A stretch of DNA of 63,391 nucleotides, counting the filler, from Choristocarpus tenellus KU-1152 (lineage: Eukaryota > Protista > Phaeophyceae), in NCBI GenBank assembly GCA_964200185.2. It is 13 parts of 13 records of this genome, joined end to end, with 100 filler letters (N's around TTAATTAATTAA, not from the genome) between each part and the next. Parts side by side here need not be neighbours in the genome. Positions count along the whole stretch, not along the records: positions 23,799 to 28,071 come from CAXNAD020015347.1; positions 28,172 to 32,417 come from CAXNAD020015502.1; positions 32,518 to 40,599 come from CAXNAD020005182.1; 10 more parts are not named here. One strand, 5' to 3'. A program made the translations under genes and the position numbers. The notes below the pieces were generated by a model, which made no database searches, was not told the DNA's origin, and was given only the letters and a program-made list of their open reading frames with translations. Positions 25,961 through 38,700 of the stretch are shown here, one piece after another (the stretch's first letter is position 1; the number at the start of each line of letters is the position of its first letter).

Positions 25961-28071
25961 ATGGAGGGCGTTACTCTGGGAATGGACAACCTCGGTATCG
26001 CAGAAATGAATCCATCTTATCAGACCGATGCCGAGGCCGAAGCCGCAGCTGTTGCAACTGCCACAGCAGCAGCTGCTGTTGCGGTGTCCCCTATCGACGA
26101 TCGTGCTAGGAACTCCAAGGTAATATTCTCTTCTATGGATGAGGGGAAAGGGACATCTAATGGGAACGTGGGGGTCGATGCCCTTGATGTTTCCACTGCA
26201 GCGACAGCTGGGACCGATGCGGACAAAGACAATGACGTCGAGGGCAAACTATTTATTGGGGGCATTTCATGGCAAACTACCGAGGAAGGACTCAGGTTTG
26301 TCAAGTGTCGTTATGTGAGTGTGATTGGAAGGGTGGGATGGTGATCTGCATTTTCGAGCACATGGCGTACGTGAGCGTGCATATGATCAACTATGATCAA
26401 AAACTATGTCGTTACATTCATGAGTGTGTATCTCGTTAGAGATCCTACCCTCTGTGTCGCATAACACGTGCTACTACAGGTATCATTTCAGCAAATTCGG
26501 AACGCTGGCTGACGTAGCTCTGATGAAGGACAAGTACACTGGACATCCGAGAGGGTTTGGCTTCATAAAGTTTGAGGATGCATCAGGTGGGACTGCTTTG
26601 AACTTGCCCCAAAGAAACGTGAACCGTTGAGATCCTGCAATCGACTCAACTGTTTCGCAAGCTAAGTGAAGGTCGTGCTATGCCTGTTCTGAGCCCCATG
26701 GCCTTGCCGTTTACCATCCTCGTCACCCCTTCTTCATGCTCATCCAAAACAGTGCTGGATATTATATTGTCTAAGGAGCACAAGATAGATGGTAAAATTG
26801 TGGATGTCAAGCGCGCTGTGCCTAAGAGTGAAGCACCAGGACCCTCCAGGTAAAGTAGTAATACCTAGCTCTCTTTTCGTTACTCCCGAAATCGGACCTC
26901 TCTCCACGGGTGTTGGAATTGACCCATCTCCTCGACATTGATCAGGTGTTAGGTCCCGTTGAAGTCAGAGTTTATAACCGCTCGACCTACAGGGTGAACT
27001 TTGCATTCAATTGCTAGCCTTAGTTACGCCTTCTCCCCCCATGAGCTGCATCGTCTTGTTTGTTTTTCTGCTTTTCTCTAGGCTTGTGCTCTCCCATTAA
27101 TAGTTGCATGAACAGGTCCGTCTTCTCTGGTGGTCGTAGTATGGGCAGCCTGAAGTATGTGCATCGTGTCGTCGTTACCTACGAACACCCTTGATGACTC
27201 AGAAACTAGTCGGGGACGAAACAGGCCTCCTTCACCTTTTCACGATCTTAGTCATTCAGGCCTCTAGTCGTCGCCTATATTCCACCTTTGCATTGTCTTG
27301 CTCGACACGGGACACATGTGCTGTGGCTTGTGGATCTCTTCCTGCACTGTCGTATTTATTTTCCGTTCTGTATCCTCCTTTTCTTTTCTGTTTTGCTTCT
27401 TTTTTTTTACTTTGTAGTAAGACCCATGCTCTCTCTCTTTCTCTCTCTTTCTCTCTCTCTGCACTCCTGTTCCCCTTCATCATTGCATGGCCCCCTCCTC
27501 CTCCTCCTCCTTCCCCATCTGTTGCCTTCCCCTGGCGCTGCTGCATATGCCCCGCAGGTCCAACAGGCCAACCGAGACTAACAAGATCTTTGTTGGGGGG
27601 CTTGCGCCTTCGGTAACAATGGGAGAGTTCCGAAAGTATTTCGAGTCGTTTGGGGGGGTGGTGGATGCGGTGGTTATGTTCGACCGTCAGACCCAGCGGT
27701 CCAGGGGGTTCGGCTTCGTAACATTCCAAGAAGATTCCGTGGTGCAGAACGTTCTCATGGGGACTCACGAGATCAACGGAAAGATGGTAGAAGTGAAGAG
27801 AGCTGAGCCTAAGGAAAACCGTGGGCGAAGCGTTCGTGGCAGCAACTACACTGCGCCGGCTGCGGGCACTCTGGTGACTGGGGGGCACACAGGGTATAGC
27901 GCTACAGCACGGCGCACTCATGGATACAGTGGGGGGCGTGGAGCCGGTGCCGGGTACGGGCTTGGGGGAGGAGCCTATGGGTATGGCAGTAATGCCAACT
28001 ATGGAGCTACAGCGGGGGCGCCTTATGGTGCCGCTGCTTATCAGGGCTATGGGTACACGTACAATGGGCAG
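25961..28071 (+). CDS. Two-RRM RNA-binding protein (hnRNP A/B / Musashi / DAZAP1-like) with Gly/Tyr-rich tail; exons 25961-26295, 26480-26586, 26753-26849, 27558->28071 (3' truncated)
   Basis: RNP2 KLFIGGISW and KIFVGGLAP; RNP1 RGFGFIKF and RGFGFVTF; HKIDGKIVDVKRA / HEINGKMVEVKRA; GT-AG junctions keep frame. Confidence 0.95.
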
Positions 28072-28171
28072 NNNNNNNNNNNNNNNNNNNNNNNNNNNNN
28101 NNNNNNNNNNNNNNNTTAATTAATTAANNNNNNNNNNNNNNNNNNNNNNNNNNNNNNNNNNNNNNNNNNNN

Positions 28172-29100
28172 GTGGATGGATAGCCCCTTCAGGTCCATCC
28201 AGCAGGGGAGGAGGGGGCGGGATTGCCACTGCAGGTCCACTGGGCGCTAGGGGAGGGGGTGGAGGAGGGGGGGATGGCGCAACAGGAGTAGAAGAGGATC
28301 CCCCAAACATTGCCAGGTCTTTCTCGTGCGCCTTGAGCGCGGCCTGTCATGACGATTGAGATAAGTCGTCAAAAACGTAAGAGGACTTTGAGCAGGGGGA
28401 TATCTGGGATTACCATGTGTGGTTTGTCGCACTGACCCGTGAGAATGGTTGTGCCGTGTGCAGACCTGGTTCGAAAAAACAAGTCGAGAGGTTACTGAGA
28501 CGACAGCCTGTTTAGACTTGCCTTGGCACAGCCCACAATGGCATCTATCGTTTTCCCTCTTTCACTCTATTCATATTGAAACTATGTTCCTTGATCTAAG
28601 AGGATGCTCATCTGGATGACGACTGCAGTCTGGTTTGACCTTTGTCTAGGTTACAGTCATGGTCGACATATCAACTGCAAATGAGACACACCTGCTCGAT
28701 ATTTCGCATTTGTCGCTGTAGATCAGACTCACTCTCAGCCCCCTTCAACTTGTCCTCTCGCTTCTTACGGAAAAATTCTGCAATAACCTCAACATGCCGT
28801 TTTCCTTGCTCATGATGACGAATGCTCTGAGAGCTCAAAAACAAGGGAGAAGTTGGCATCGTGGTTCAGAAGGAGGCAAAATCGACCACAACCAGGGCTG
28901 CATGACCTTGAAAATCCACATATCCACTTAGAGATCAACATAATTCCTGCAATAAGTTCCCCGCCATCCCGGAGCAAAGCGAACACCTGGAGAATGATCG
29001 TCAAAAGAGTTCATGTCTTGCTCACCGCCTTGTGGTTGGACAGCCAAACCTTGCAGTACTTGCAGAAGTACCGTTCATGAGACACCCAATAATCGGCCAT
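28172..29100 (-). CDS. WBP4: WW-domain-binding protein 4 (FBP21)-like, U1/matrin-type zinc finger; exons 29100-29026, 28826-28692, 28343->28172 (3' truncated)
   Basis: MADYWVSHERYFCKYCKVWLSNHKA|SIRHHEQGKRH matches the WBP4 N-terminus; phase-0 GT-AG introns; Pro-rich continuation. WW domains not in this contig. Confidence 0.88.
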
Positions 29101-29285
29101 GACTGAGTCTGTGTTGAATTCTGGGAGGTAGACGGTTCCCTAAGGGCACCAACACCCTCACTACGCACTCAGAGACCCAAAAAGCGGTGTTATAGGACAA
29201 AAAAGGATGTTAAGTATTTTAAGTAATAGCGTGGATCTATCGATAGGGTTAGGGCTCCTTTTCAAAACACAAAGATACGCAAGAG
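29101..29285. promoter_or_regulatory. Short divergent intergenic region, probable bidirectional promoter
   Basis: Only 185-218 bp between the ATGs of two head-to-head genes. Confidence 0.6.
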
Positions 29286-29318
29286 ATGCTGTACCACTTA
29301 CCATCCAACTCTTGCGAC

Positions 29319-31481
29319 ATGGTCGGCTTTCCTTTCGCTGCTCGATCCAGGCAGCTGATATCAGTTTTTTTCCTTGTTCGCCTTGTTGTGCTCTTTTCTA
29401 TTGCAGGAGGAGATATCACCATCGATATGTTACCGATCGAGCATGGGATGGTAAGGACGCACCTTGCCTCTGGTAAAGCAAAGGTGTTAAGTTAGTTGAA
29501 AATTCCTCGAGTGGACCTGATCCTACGTTCCGCACGAAGTTGATATCGCTCTGAGGATCTTATTCTTTCATCGATCAAGTCGCAATGCTAAGATTGCCCA
29601 AATTCAGCGCACTGTGCATGATATATTTTCACAACTCTCCGTATCCTCATCTTATCAAACCCTTACTACCCTTTGGAGATGCAACTTAAGTCTTCTACTA
29701 TTTGAGTTTGATGAGGCTTAGTGTATCGCGAGGCCGAGCGAGCCGAAGCAGCATCGTTGTTCCCAGCAAATTCGAATTGGAACAAAAGTAAGGTAGAAGC
29801 GTGTTGTGAACAGGATTGACGTGAGTTTTGTGGAACTGATGACACTTCGTGGATGCGTCCAAGCCCCATATCTAAACCATCCCCTACCTTGCGCCTTTCT
29901 GTGTGATCTCTTGGTCGATACATCTAACTCGATGCGACAGATCATTGATGCAGGTAGCAGGGGCAGCCGTATGCACGTATACAGGTGGGCCCCAAGGCTG
30001 TTCAACACCCTCCCACCCCCCATTTCCTACCCGGAGACGAAGGGTCAATGGACTAATCGCATAAAGCCTGGCATAAGTACTTTCGGTGATCATCTCGAGG
30101 TGCGATATTTCGTGTCAATTTCTGTAATCTGCACGGTTGTTTCTCTGAATACCTTGAATACTGTTGGGTGCAGATCAACGTATCATGTTCGGCATCTTTC
30201 CCCACCTGAACCAAACTTGACTGCACACCACTAGTAGTCCATTAGGCATCGGTCGTGCTGATCAACGTGCTACAGGTGGACAGCACAATTTTCAGGGGAA
30301 GGGGGCGTCACCATCTATGCATCAGTTGTTGCATGCCATCTTGGCGGTGTGGATGAACGAGTCAGACATTTGTATTCATGCCCAACCCCACCCCTCCTTG
30401 TTCGGTCGATTGATGGCTGGAAGAAAACAGGATATCCCCCAGGCTCTGACACAGTTGATTGATTTCGCCAAGGATGTCCTTGCTGACAAAGAGTCCAGCT
30501 GGTACAAGTTTCCCATCTTCCTCAAGGCAACAGGAGGTATGCGGGAGCTTCCCTTTCATGAACGTGAGCAGATCATGGATGCTGTGCGAGGCTTCCTCTC
30601 GGATCCAGCCTTCTGCCCCTTTTACTTCCAGCATGACAATGCTAGGGTTATCTCGGGGGAGGAGGTAGGATACTTTGATTTTTTTTCGACAATTTTTTCT
30701 ACAGGTCTGGGCAATGACATAGCTGTCACGTAAAACCTACATAAAGTACATGTCAATAGTACACAATATGCGTTTCACAAGCAGGTAGCTATGCATTTTG
30801 TGCAAGATCCAGCACTGACAAAGCAAGGTTTTCTTTTTCTAACATCTTTGAAAGATATGACTTTATTCTCTGTGTACTTTTCAGAGTTGATCTGCCTGTA
30901 TGGTACTCCTTCGAAAGTAGATACAGGTATCGAGGGGATGATACCTCCCCAAGGTGTTGGAGACCTTTTCGGGTGTGCAACAAGGAAACACAACTTGAGT
31001 AGGAAGTTGTTGTCTTGAGATATTTCTTTTTCAATGCCTTCTACACTCTGAATCCTATCCTGGAAGTAGTTGTAATTATATCCATGTAGATTAAAAAAAA
31101 ATAATATAGAATCAAGAATAGTTGGCAGTCTATGTTCCTCTTTCATATTTTTCCAAACCTGTGCCTTTTCCCCCTTCATAAGCGGAGCTTGCATGTATTG
31201 ACTATCCTGAAAAAAATGATATCCTATGTTGGACTAGCGGATGGGGGGAGGGGGGTAGTCATGCAGTTTTTTTGCATTGACATTTTTGTCCCCACAGCCC
31301 ATTCTACTATTTTGGTTCCCCTTGGCAGGAAGGCGTGTACGGCTGGGCAGCGGTGAATTTCCTGAGGGGTAGACTTCTTCAGCAGAGTATGGGCTCAGGA
31401 ACAGCCGATGCAAACTTAACTGTTGGTACGCTTGATCTTGGTGGGTCATCAACTCAAATATCCTTTTTCAAGGAGGACCAA
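29319..31481 (+). CDS. GDA1/CD39 family apyrase (NTPDase), 5' part; exons 29319 (or 29286)-29450, 29941-30099, 30431-30664, 31329-31481
   Basis: Hydrophobic N-terminus; ACR1 IIDAGSRGSRMHVY, KPGIS, ACR2 LKATGGMR, ACR3 ISGEE|EGVYGWAAVNF, ACR4 LDLGGSSTQI. Confidence 0.95.
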
Positions 31482-32276
31482 GTAAGTGAGTTCATTTTTT
31501 TTGGTTCTCTGAGTAGTATTTTGTTTTCATTATAGCAAAGTGGGGGAAAGGTTTGAAAAATTCATGCAAGAAAGTGCTTGTTAATTTGACGGTAGTGCAA
31601 AAGGATGATACGAGTTTCCATTGTTTTCATTAAACGTGGTAGCTGTCCAACTACAGATGAGGAAGTGAGCCATCCTCCAACATGTGGGCTACTCTACCTC
31701 TCTAGTCACCCCAAAGGCAATTGTGTCCAACCTATTGTCCAGCATAGAGTATTCCAGAATATAATATATATATAGGACTGTTCTCTACCGTTGGTATTCT
31801 AAAACCTGTGCTTCTAGTACAGTTACAGTGAAACTGTATATCAAATCAAGGGATTGCAGTCTTAATACTTCTCTGTTGTATGCTATGTTGTATCATGCAT
31901 ATGTTCAAACATGAATCTTGGCAGTGATTTTTTGGTGTGGAATGGGAGTGCTGTTTGCATTTTTTGCGAATAACTCAACTATGGGGTGTGCAATCTCACC
32001 GTGTGGGTATATTTATTGAGGTAGATCGGAAGGGTGGCAGTATGGCAATAGTAACAAATACCCACCTCTTTGTAACTAACGATACCTGACATCTCTTCTT
32101 CATGTCCTTTCTCTTGTTGGAGATCCTGGTACAGAAACCACCCCTCAGCACTTGCAGCAGAGGAAGGGACCCATCCCACTCAGAACAAACAACAATATCC
32201 TGTCGCACCTACTGTACATGTAAAGTGTAACATGTAAAGTGTAACAATTCATCCGAGTCAAGGGATAGCTTCAAAG

Positions 32277-32311
<35 letters not shown>

Positions 32312-32517
32312 TGAGACACAAACCACACCCTCAACACCCTCCACCCTCCTACTCCCCCCCCCCTATGACCTTCCCATCCCCCGTGACAAACTTGACTGAA
32401 GTTGTCCTTGTCCAATGNNNNNNNNNNNNNNNNNNNNNNNNNNNNNNNNNNNNNNNNNNNNTTAATTAATTAANNNNNNNNNNNNNNNNNNNNNNNNNNN
32501 NNNNNNNNNNNNNNNNN

Positions 32518-35500
32518 GGGTGGGGGTGTGGGCAGCATGGGTGGGGGAGGGGCTGGTCCCAAGGGTGCTCTGATGCAGTCATTGAACTGGCGCAGTGTTG
32601 GTATTGAGCCATTCATCGATGAAACAATGGCAGAGGTAAGAGCTGGCATTGAAAACCAAACTTAGAAACAATCTGATTTGGTGGTATGAAGAGTTGGTGT
32701 AGTCCAGTCATGTCTTTGCTGGGCATTTCCAATTACTTCTGTGTGAAACATAACAAAAACCCTTTCGAGATATGCACTACAACCATGCATTGTTCAACTA
32801 GACAAATAAACTTGGTCATGCACAAGAGACACCCTCCACACATCCTTATGAACTTTGAATACCTTGCCAACAACGTCATGTAGTAGTAATCTCTCAAGTT
32901 TTTCTCCTTGCACCCCTCTCTGTCTCACCGTAGCAATTCCCCCCATGGTGTCATGCATATAGAGACAGGTAAAAGTATGGTTCTGTACTTTTTCTTCATT
33001 CCTCTGATATTGCATGTTTGTGGGTGAGTGGTGAGGGTGCTGTCCTCTCTTGCAATCGGTCCAAACACAGCTACCCACAGGGTTCAGAGCACTAGTAACA
33101 CCTTCTGCAGCGGGTGTGTGAGTACTCAGAGCTGTGTGAGAAAATAAGGGCAATAAGTTCTTTGGGTTGTACAGCATTGCTATCAATCGCTGACAAACAC
33201 GGGTCTATACTATACGTAAGGTACGAGATATCAATGGAACACTATCTTTGCTGAAGGGGAACCTCCGCCGGGTGAACGAGCTCCTAGCGAGCTGGGTCAC
33301 GTATCCTTTGTTCGAGAGGGGCAGCAAAGCTACCTCTGTTGATCAGTTTGAGCAGATGCAGCGCTTGGTCATCAATCAAAGGTGAAATTCAGTAAAAGGG
33401 GCATGAATTGATGTACTAGCCGACTTCCTTTTATTATGGGCGTCAAAATAGGGGCAAAGATCGACTGGGTCTGGGTGTTGAAGAGAAAATATATTTTCTG
33501 GCTCAATGCGACGCAAAGGTAATCTTTTTGCTATGTACTCCGGAGCATGTTGCTTTCATGCATCTTGTCCTCTCCTAAATCTATTACATCACTACACCCA
33601 GGATATGGTCGATTTTCTAACATGCAGTCCGTGGTACAGGTTGACCAAGCAATATGAGAATGTTGAGAGGGCAATGATAAGCTCTAGGGTCAACTGATGA
33701 TCGAATTCTTCCACATCCTATGCACTAGTACCTACGAAGTGACGACTGATACATGTGAATGGATCTAATTTATTCAGCACACAGTATTTCATGCCAGCCC
33801 TGTCTTGTAACAGTACTTAACTTTTGCCTTCCATTGAATGCTATGGAGGATTTTTTTTTGTCTGCAGCAATTTTCACCTTCAAAAACTTATTTTCCCGTA
33901 TTGAAGTACCCTTGCAGGGTCTGGAGTTAGTACTTTTTTCTCGTTTAGTATTGCGTAGTAAGGGCTTTCCACATCAGTGAACATACCACACAGTAAATGA
34001 CAGGGGGGAAGGATGGGTGGGCGAAATGTGGGTGTGCCCTTAGCACCTCTTTGACTTGCCTGTGTTGAAAGGTGCACTGCCATTCGTGAGGGTGGGCATG
34101 AGTTGCACAAGCTATTGAAAGACTCCAGCAGGCAGCTTAAGGTCTCACAGGGCCTACTTGATTGGAAAAATTATGGGGACTTCATCAACTCTACGGTGAG
34201 CTTCATCAACTGTTTTAAACAATTGGCACAATGTACTGCAGTTAGTGGTGGCATTTGTGCCACCAGACATGGACTGGTAGCCCATGGCTATCGAAAACAT
34301 GAATCAACCCTACCCATTGTAGCTCGATGGGGGAGGTTTTGGATGTGGATTAAAAAAGACACTAACCTGAATAACACCCTTCTGTTGTATGGTGGTATCA
34401 ACTGCAAAAAAGTATTTATTTGGCGGTCTTATTTTTGTGGTATACAAGTTTCTGGGAATAAAAGACTGCTTCCATTATTCTGATGATCAAAATGATGTTG
34501 GGCATGCCTTAACTCTTCAAGAAATAATTGTAAAATGTCTCAGTACATGGCAACTTGGATCAATGAAACCCTTTCCAAATTTGCTATTATGTATTTTTCA
34601 CTGTTGTATTGTTCCCTGGGATGCACAGGTGGCCCAAGGTCTCATCGAAGTGGTGGTGGTATCCCTGAAGTCGCTCAACCAGCAGCTTGATCCTATCTAC
34701 ATCCAAAAGAATCAGTTGCCTCCTATGCTTGAGCTCGAAATGCACCTCATTGAGGGACAGGTGATGTTATTCTTTTGTCAAATTGAGATTATAAGAATAC
34801 ACCAATTTGTGTCAGCTATGTCCAATTCTGTGCTGGAGTTTCTTCCCCCACAATAATTGGTTGAAGCAGGAGCAATCATATGCCTTTGATCCATGAAATA
34901 GATACCATCCATTGTTGCCACCACTGCAAATCACCATTTTGATCCTACTGTATTAATCTCTGCTGAATTCACCAGGTCACTTATGTACCTGAAATAGGTG
35001 AATTGGACAGGAGCATGGGTCCATCCATTGTTTCCGCGAATATGCAGGTCAGAATGTGGAATTCTTAGAAAAAAAGGGGTTGAAGCTCTTGCTTGCATTT
35101 GTGCAGGTGAGGCTTGGTATGAACATGACTGGGAAGACCAATACAAAGATGAACCGGAATACAGTCACATATACAAGTGATTTAACACTCCACCAACACT
35201 CACAATCGTTTGAAAACCACTTCTACTAACCTACATGGGTGACAGGATAAGAAGGGGAGAGGAATAGCTGGCCTTACCCTAAGGAGAATGATATGGGGCT
35301 GGGTGGAAGGATTCATGGGAGTAGCAAAAGCCTTCCGACGCTTGGATGCAACTGAGGGGACCTACCTGACAGAGATACAGGTGGGAGGGCGGATAAGCCT
35401 AGTCCCACAAGAAACATATTATTTCTAGTAGTAGTTTTGAAATTGGAACATTTTTTCAAAATCTATGTACGCAAATTTGTATCATGTTGCCCAACCTTTA

Positions 35501-35750
35501 GAGGTGACTGCTTGCTTGATCCATGCCATGATAATTAGATATATATAAGTTAGTGTCTGTTTGTGCACTTGGTGAGGGGGCTATTTACAGGGAGATGGTG
35601 TGGGATTGTCCAGGTTTGTGGGCTTTACAGGTGGGCAGCTATAGTTGGCAGGATAGTGGGGCTGGCTGAAAGGGCCAATGGATGGTTATGTCTTTTATGT
35701 GTAAGTCTTGTGGTGATGTTGATATGTTGCTGTGGAGATGAGGGCGCACA

Positions 35751-35796
<46 letters not shown>

Positions 35797-38700
35797 GATA
35801 TTGGTATATTGGGTTCTTGAAATTGTATGCGGAACGTGGTGATGTCCTATATAATGCTGTTTCTTTGCATTGGCGGAGAAGATAGATCTACTTTCTTTCA
35901 TTTGTCGGTCTGGTTTCACATGATCTTGAATCGCTGTATGTTTAGCAGGCTTGGGCATGTATGTCCAACGTATATAAAAAATTCATCTATCACTTTTCCT
36001 CCCGTTATTTTTCCCATCTTACTGTGCAATCTATTTATTGATGAGTGTTTTCTGCCCTCCCTTCAATAGACTGTCTAATCCTAATGCGTTTGTAATGTGC
36101 TTTCTAAAGGAGGATCCAGGGGTTCGCTCTCAGATATCCCGCATACACCAAAGGCTGGACGATATGGAAACGGAGGCCATGTCCTACAAAAGAAAATTTT
36201 CCATCTATGACTACCTTTGGAAGTCCGATCTACAGGAAATATTTCAGGAATTTGTAAGGTGTTACAAATTGAGCTGGAAAAAATGGACTTGACCTTCTTT
36301 TTAGCAATGAGGGTGGTTGGCCTTACAAAATACTTGTGTGTAAGATTAATAATAAAAAGAATAATCAATTCACTAAACCATTCAGCATGTCCTAGGTCAA
36401 TAGTTGCAATGGAGTCTTGGGTGTGAACTGTTTGCACCCTGAGAGAAATTTGATCATCTACCAGCTGGATATCCTCAACGAGAGGATTACTAGAGTTATT
36501 TTTTTTGTATTAGGTTTGAGAGAAAATATCTTAGAAAGTAGGGAATTTGCCCTGTTTGTCTGTTTGGGGCTTAGCTTTCCACAGGTATATTCTGACATTT
36601 TCCATTTCGGATTAGTTAAAGTGTATACGCTATGAAAAGGTGTGTCCAGAACAAGGATATTGACACTTCTTAACAAACACAAAAGCCAAAATTACATCAA
36701 CATTGCAACATTGGATTTTGACCCCCAAATGGACACGACTCTACCCTCTAAGATAATTTAACTTGAAAAAAATTCTATTACCTTTTTTGTTCAAATTCGT
36801 CCGGGGACTATTCCAACCAGTGGTCCAAGGCACTACACCCTGCCCATACTTTGAAGTACTACCCACAGTAACTACCTGTTGCTCTGCAATTAATAGCACA
36901 GAGTCTGTTAGTGACTTGATTCCTGCGAGTAGAGTTCAAACATCCCATTACTTGTCGCTTTGCTTCCTTAATCAAATCTTGTGATGGACCTGTCATGGCA
37001 TTGCTCGGCAATGCAGCCTTGCACCAATGATCCTTCTCTGTCATTTCTGTGGTATTGCAACAGATAGGAAAGTAGAGGTGGCACGTGAACTTTGTACAAT
37101 CGAAATCAGAATCCTACCAAAATAAGTCTGGCATCCATGGACTTCAAAGTGACCAAAAAAAATTATTCATGGAACAACCTCCAGTATCCACTGAGATGGA
37201 ATGTTTGATCACCTCAGGTGTTGGCTAGTTTCCTACGGAATCAGTGTTGAAGGGCCTTTATTTTTCCATAGTTGGTTATACACCATATTTCTTTCAAGGC
37301 TGCAGAATATATTATTGATTTGTAAAATTTGGCTCAGGCCCAATTATTATATGTGCAAATATTTTGCTGATGATATGCTGCAGTATTTTTCCAACCCCAA
37401 ACTATATATCAAGCTTTCTCTTGTTGATCCCGCTCCACTTGTGGCTTCCACTGCACAGAGAAGCAATGTACGAGGAGATGGTTGAGGAAAATGACGAGGA
37501 GACAACTGATAGTGACCCTCGTGCCATGGGTGGACTTGGGGGAGGTGAAAGTACCAAACCAGGTGATGGCTTAGGCATGGCAAAAAAGGAGCATAACGGT
37601 AGAGAGAATGGGAGACAGTCTTCAGCAACAGACAGAGGCGAGAGTTCACGAAGAGTTGCAAAGCAAAGAGGCTCAAGTGATGCCGAGACAGTAACAGTGA
37701 ATGTGATGGACCTTGCAAAGTTTGATGAGAAGATTCACTTCTTCCTTGAGGTTCAGTCCGAGGTGACTCTACTCCGTCACAGCCAGGATGTGGAGTTCCT
37801 CAGGGTCAACTCTCAGCCCATCAAACAAGCAATTAGGTCAGATGAGATGCAGGGAGGGGGGGAGTAAGTAAGGGTTACAGGGAGTGTATAAGTGATGCCT
37901 GAGTACTCAATTGCAAGTTGGAGGTATCTTCTTCCTATCAAACTGCACTGGATCCCAAGAAAACCAAGATTTCTGTGAGTGCATCTTTTACTCCAATGGT
38001 GACTGGTGACAAAAATGGTTATGTGAATGCCACCCAAAGAGGATATTGCGCCCTCAATTGGGATGATGATCAATGAGATCCTGAAATGTGAATGTTGAGA
38101 CAAGGAAGGCAGGAAACATCTTGATGTTCGTATAATGACGGATAGCAAAGGCTTAGTATTATGGAGAAAAGTTAACTCAAACTAATCTTCCAGATATGAA
38201 ATACAAATATATGCATATAGTTGTTACATACACCCTAATGAACGCCTACCTTCACTCTTGTCCTATCCGATTGCCAATGTCTATGTCAGCCAAGCTCTTC
38301 TGATTCCTACTAATCATTTTTCCTGTATTATTCTTCTCCTAAACATTACTCTTCCCAGCACATGGGTCACGAAGTGGATCTACCTGTTCACCCAAAGTCT
38401 TCAAGATCATGTGTCTTGTTCACTTTGCCGGATGCATGCATTTATTACAGAGACGCAGCGTGGACTTGACTCTCCCCCTGTGGTGTGTGCTGCTAAATGC
38501 CTCCGTTTATTTTTTCGAGTAATGAACAGATTGAAGGGGTAGAGTAGTTTGTATGGTGAGTAAATCAGAATAGCAATAAGTGCAATCTTGGCAATGCTTC
38601 TTTTTGAGCTTTCCCTTGCGCAATATCCTCGTCTTGCCAACCTTGACACTTGATAGGATTGTTCACTAGAGGTTGATGACTTTCAGCACTCTAGGAGGAA

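Noticed and set aside
27256-27921. 221-aa minus-strand ORF
   Set aside because: Antisense shadow of the RRM exon and CT-rich intron
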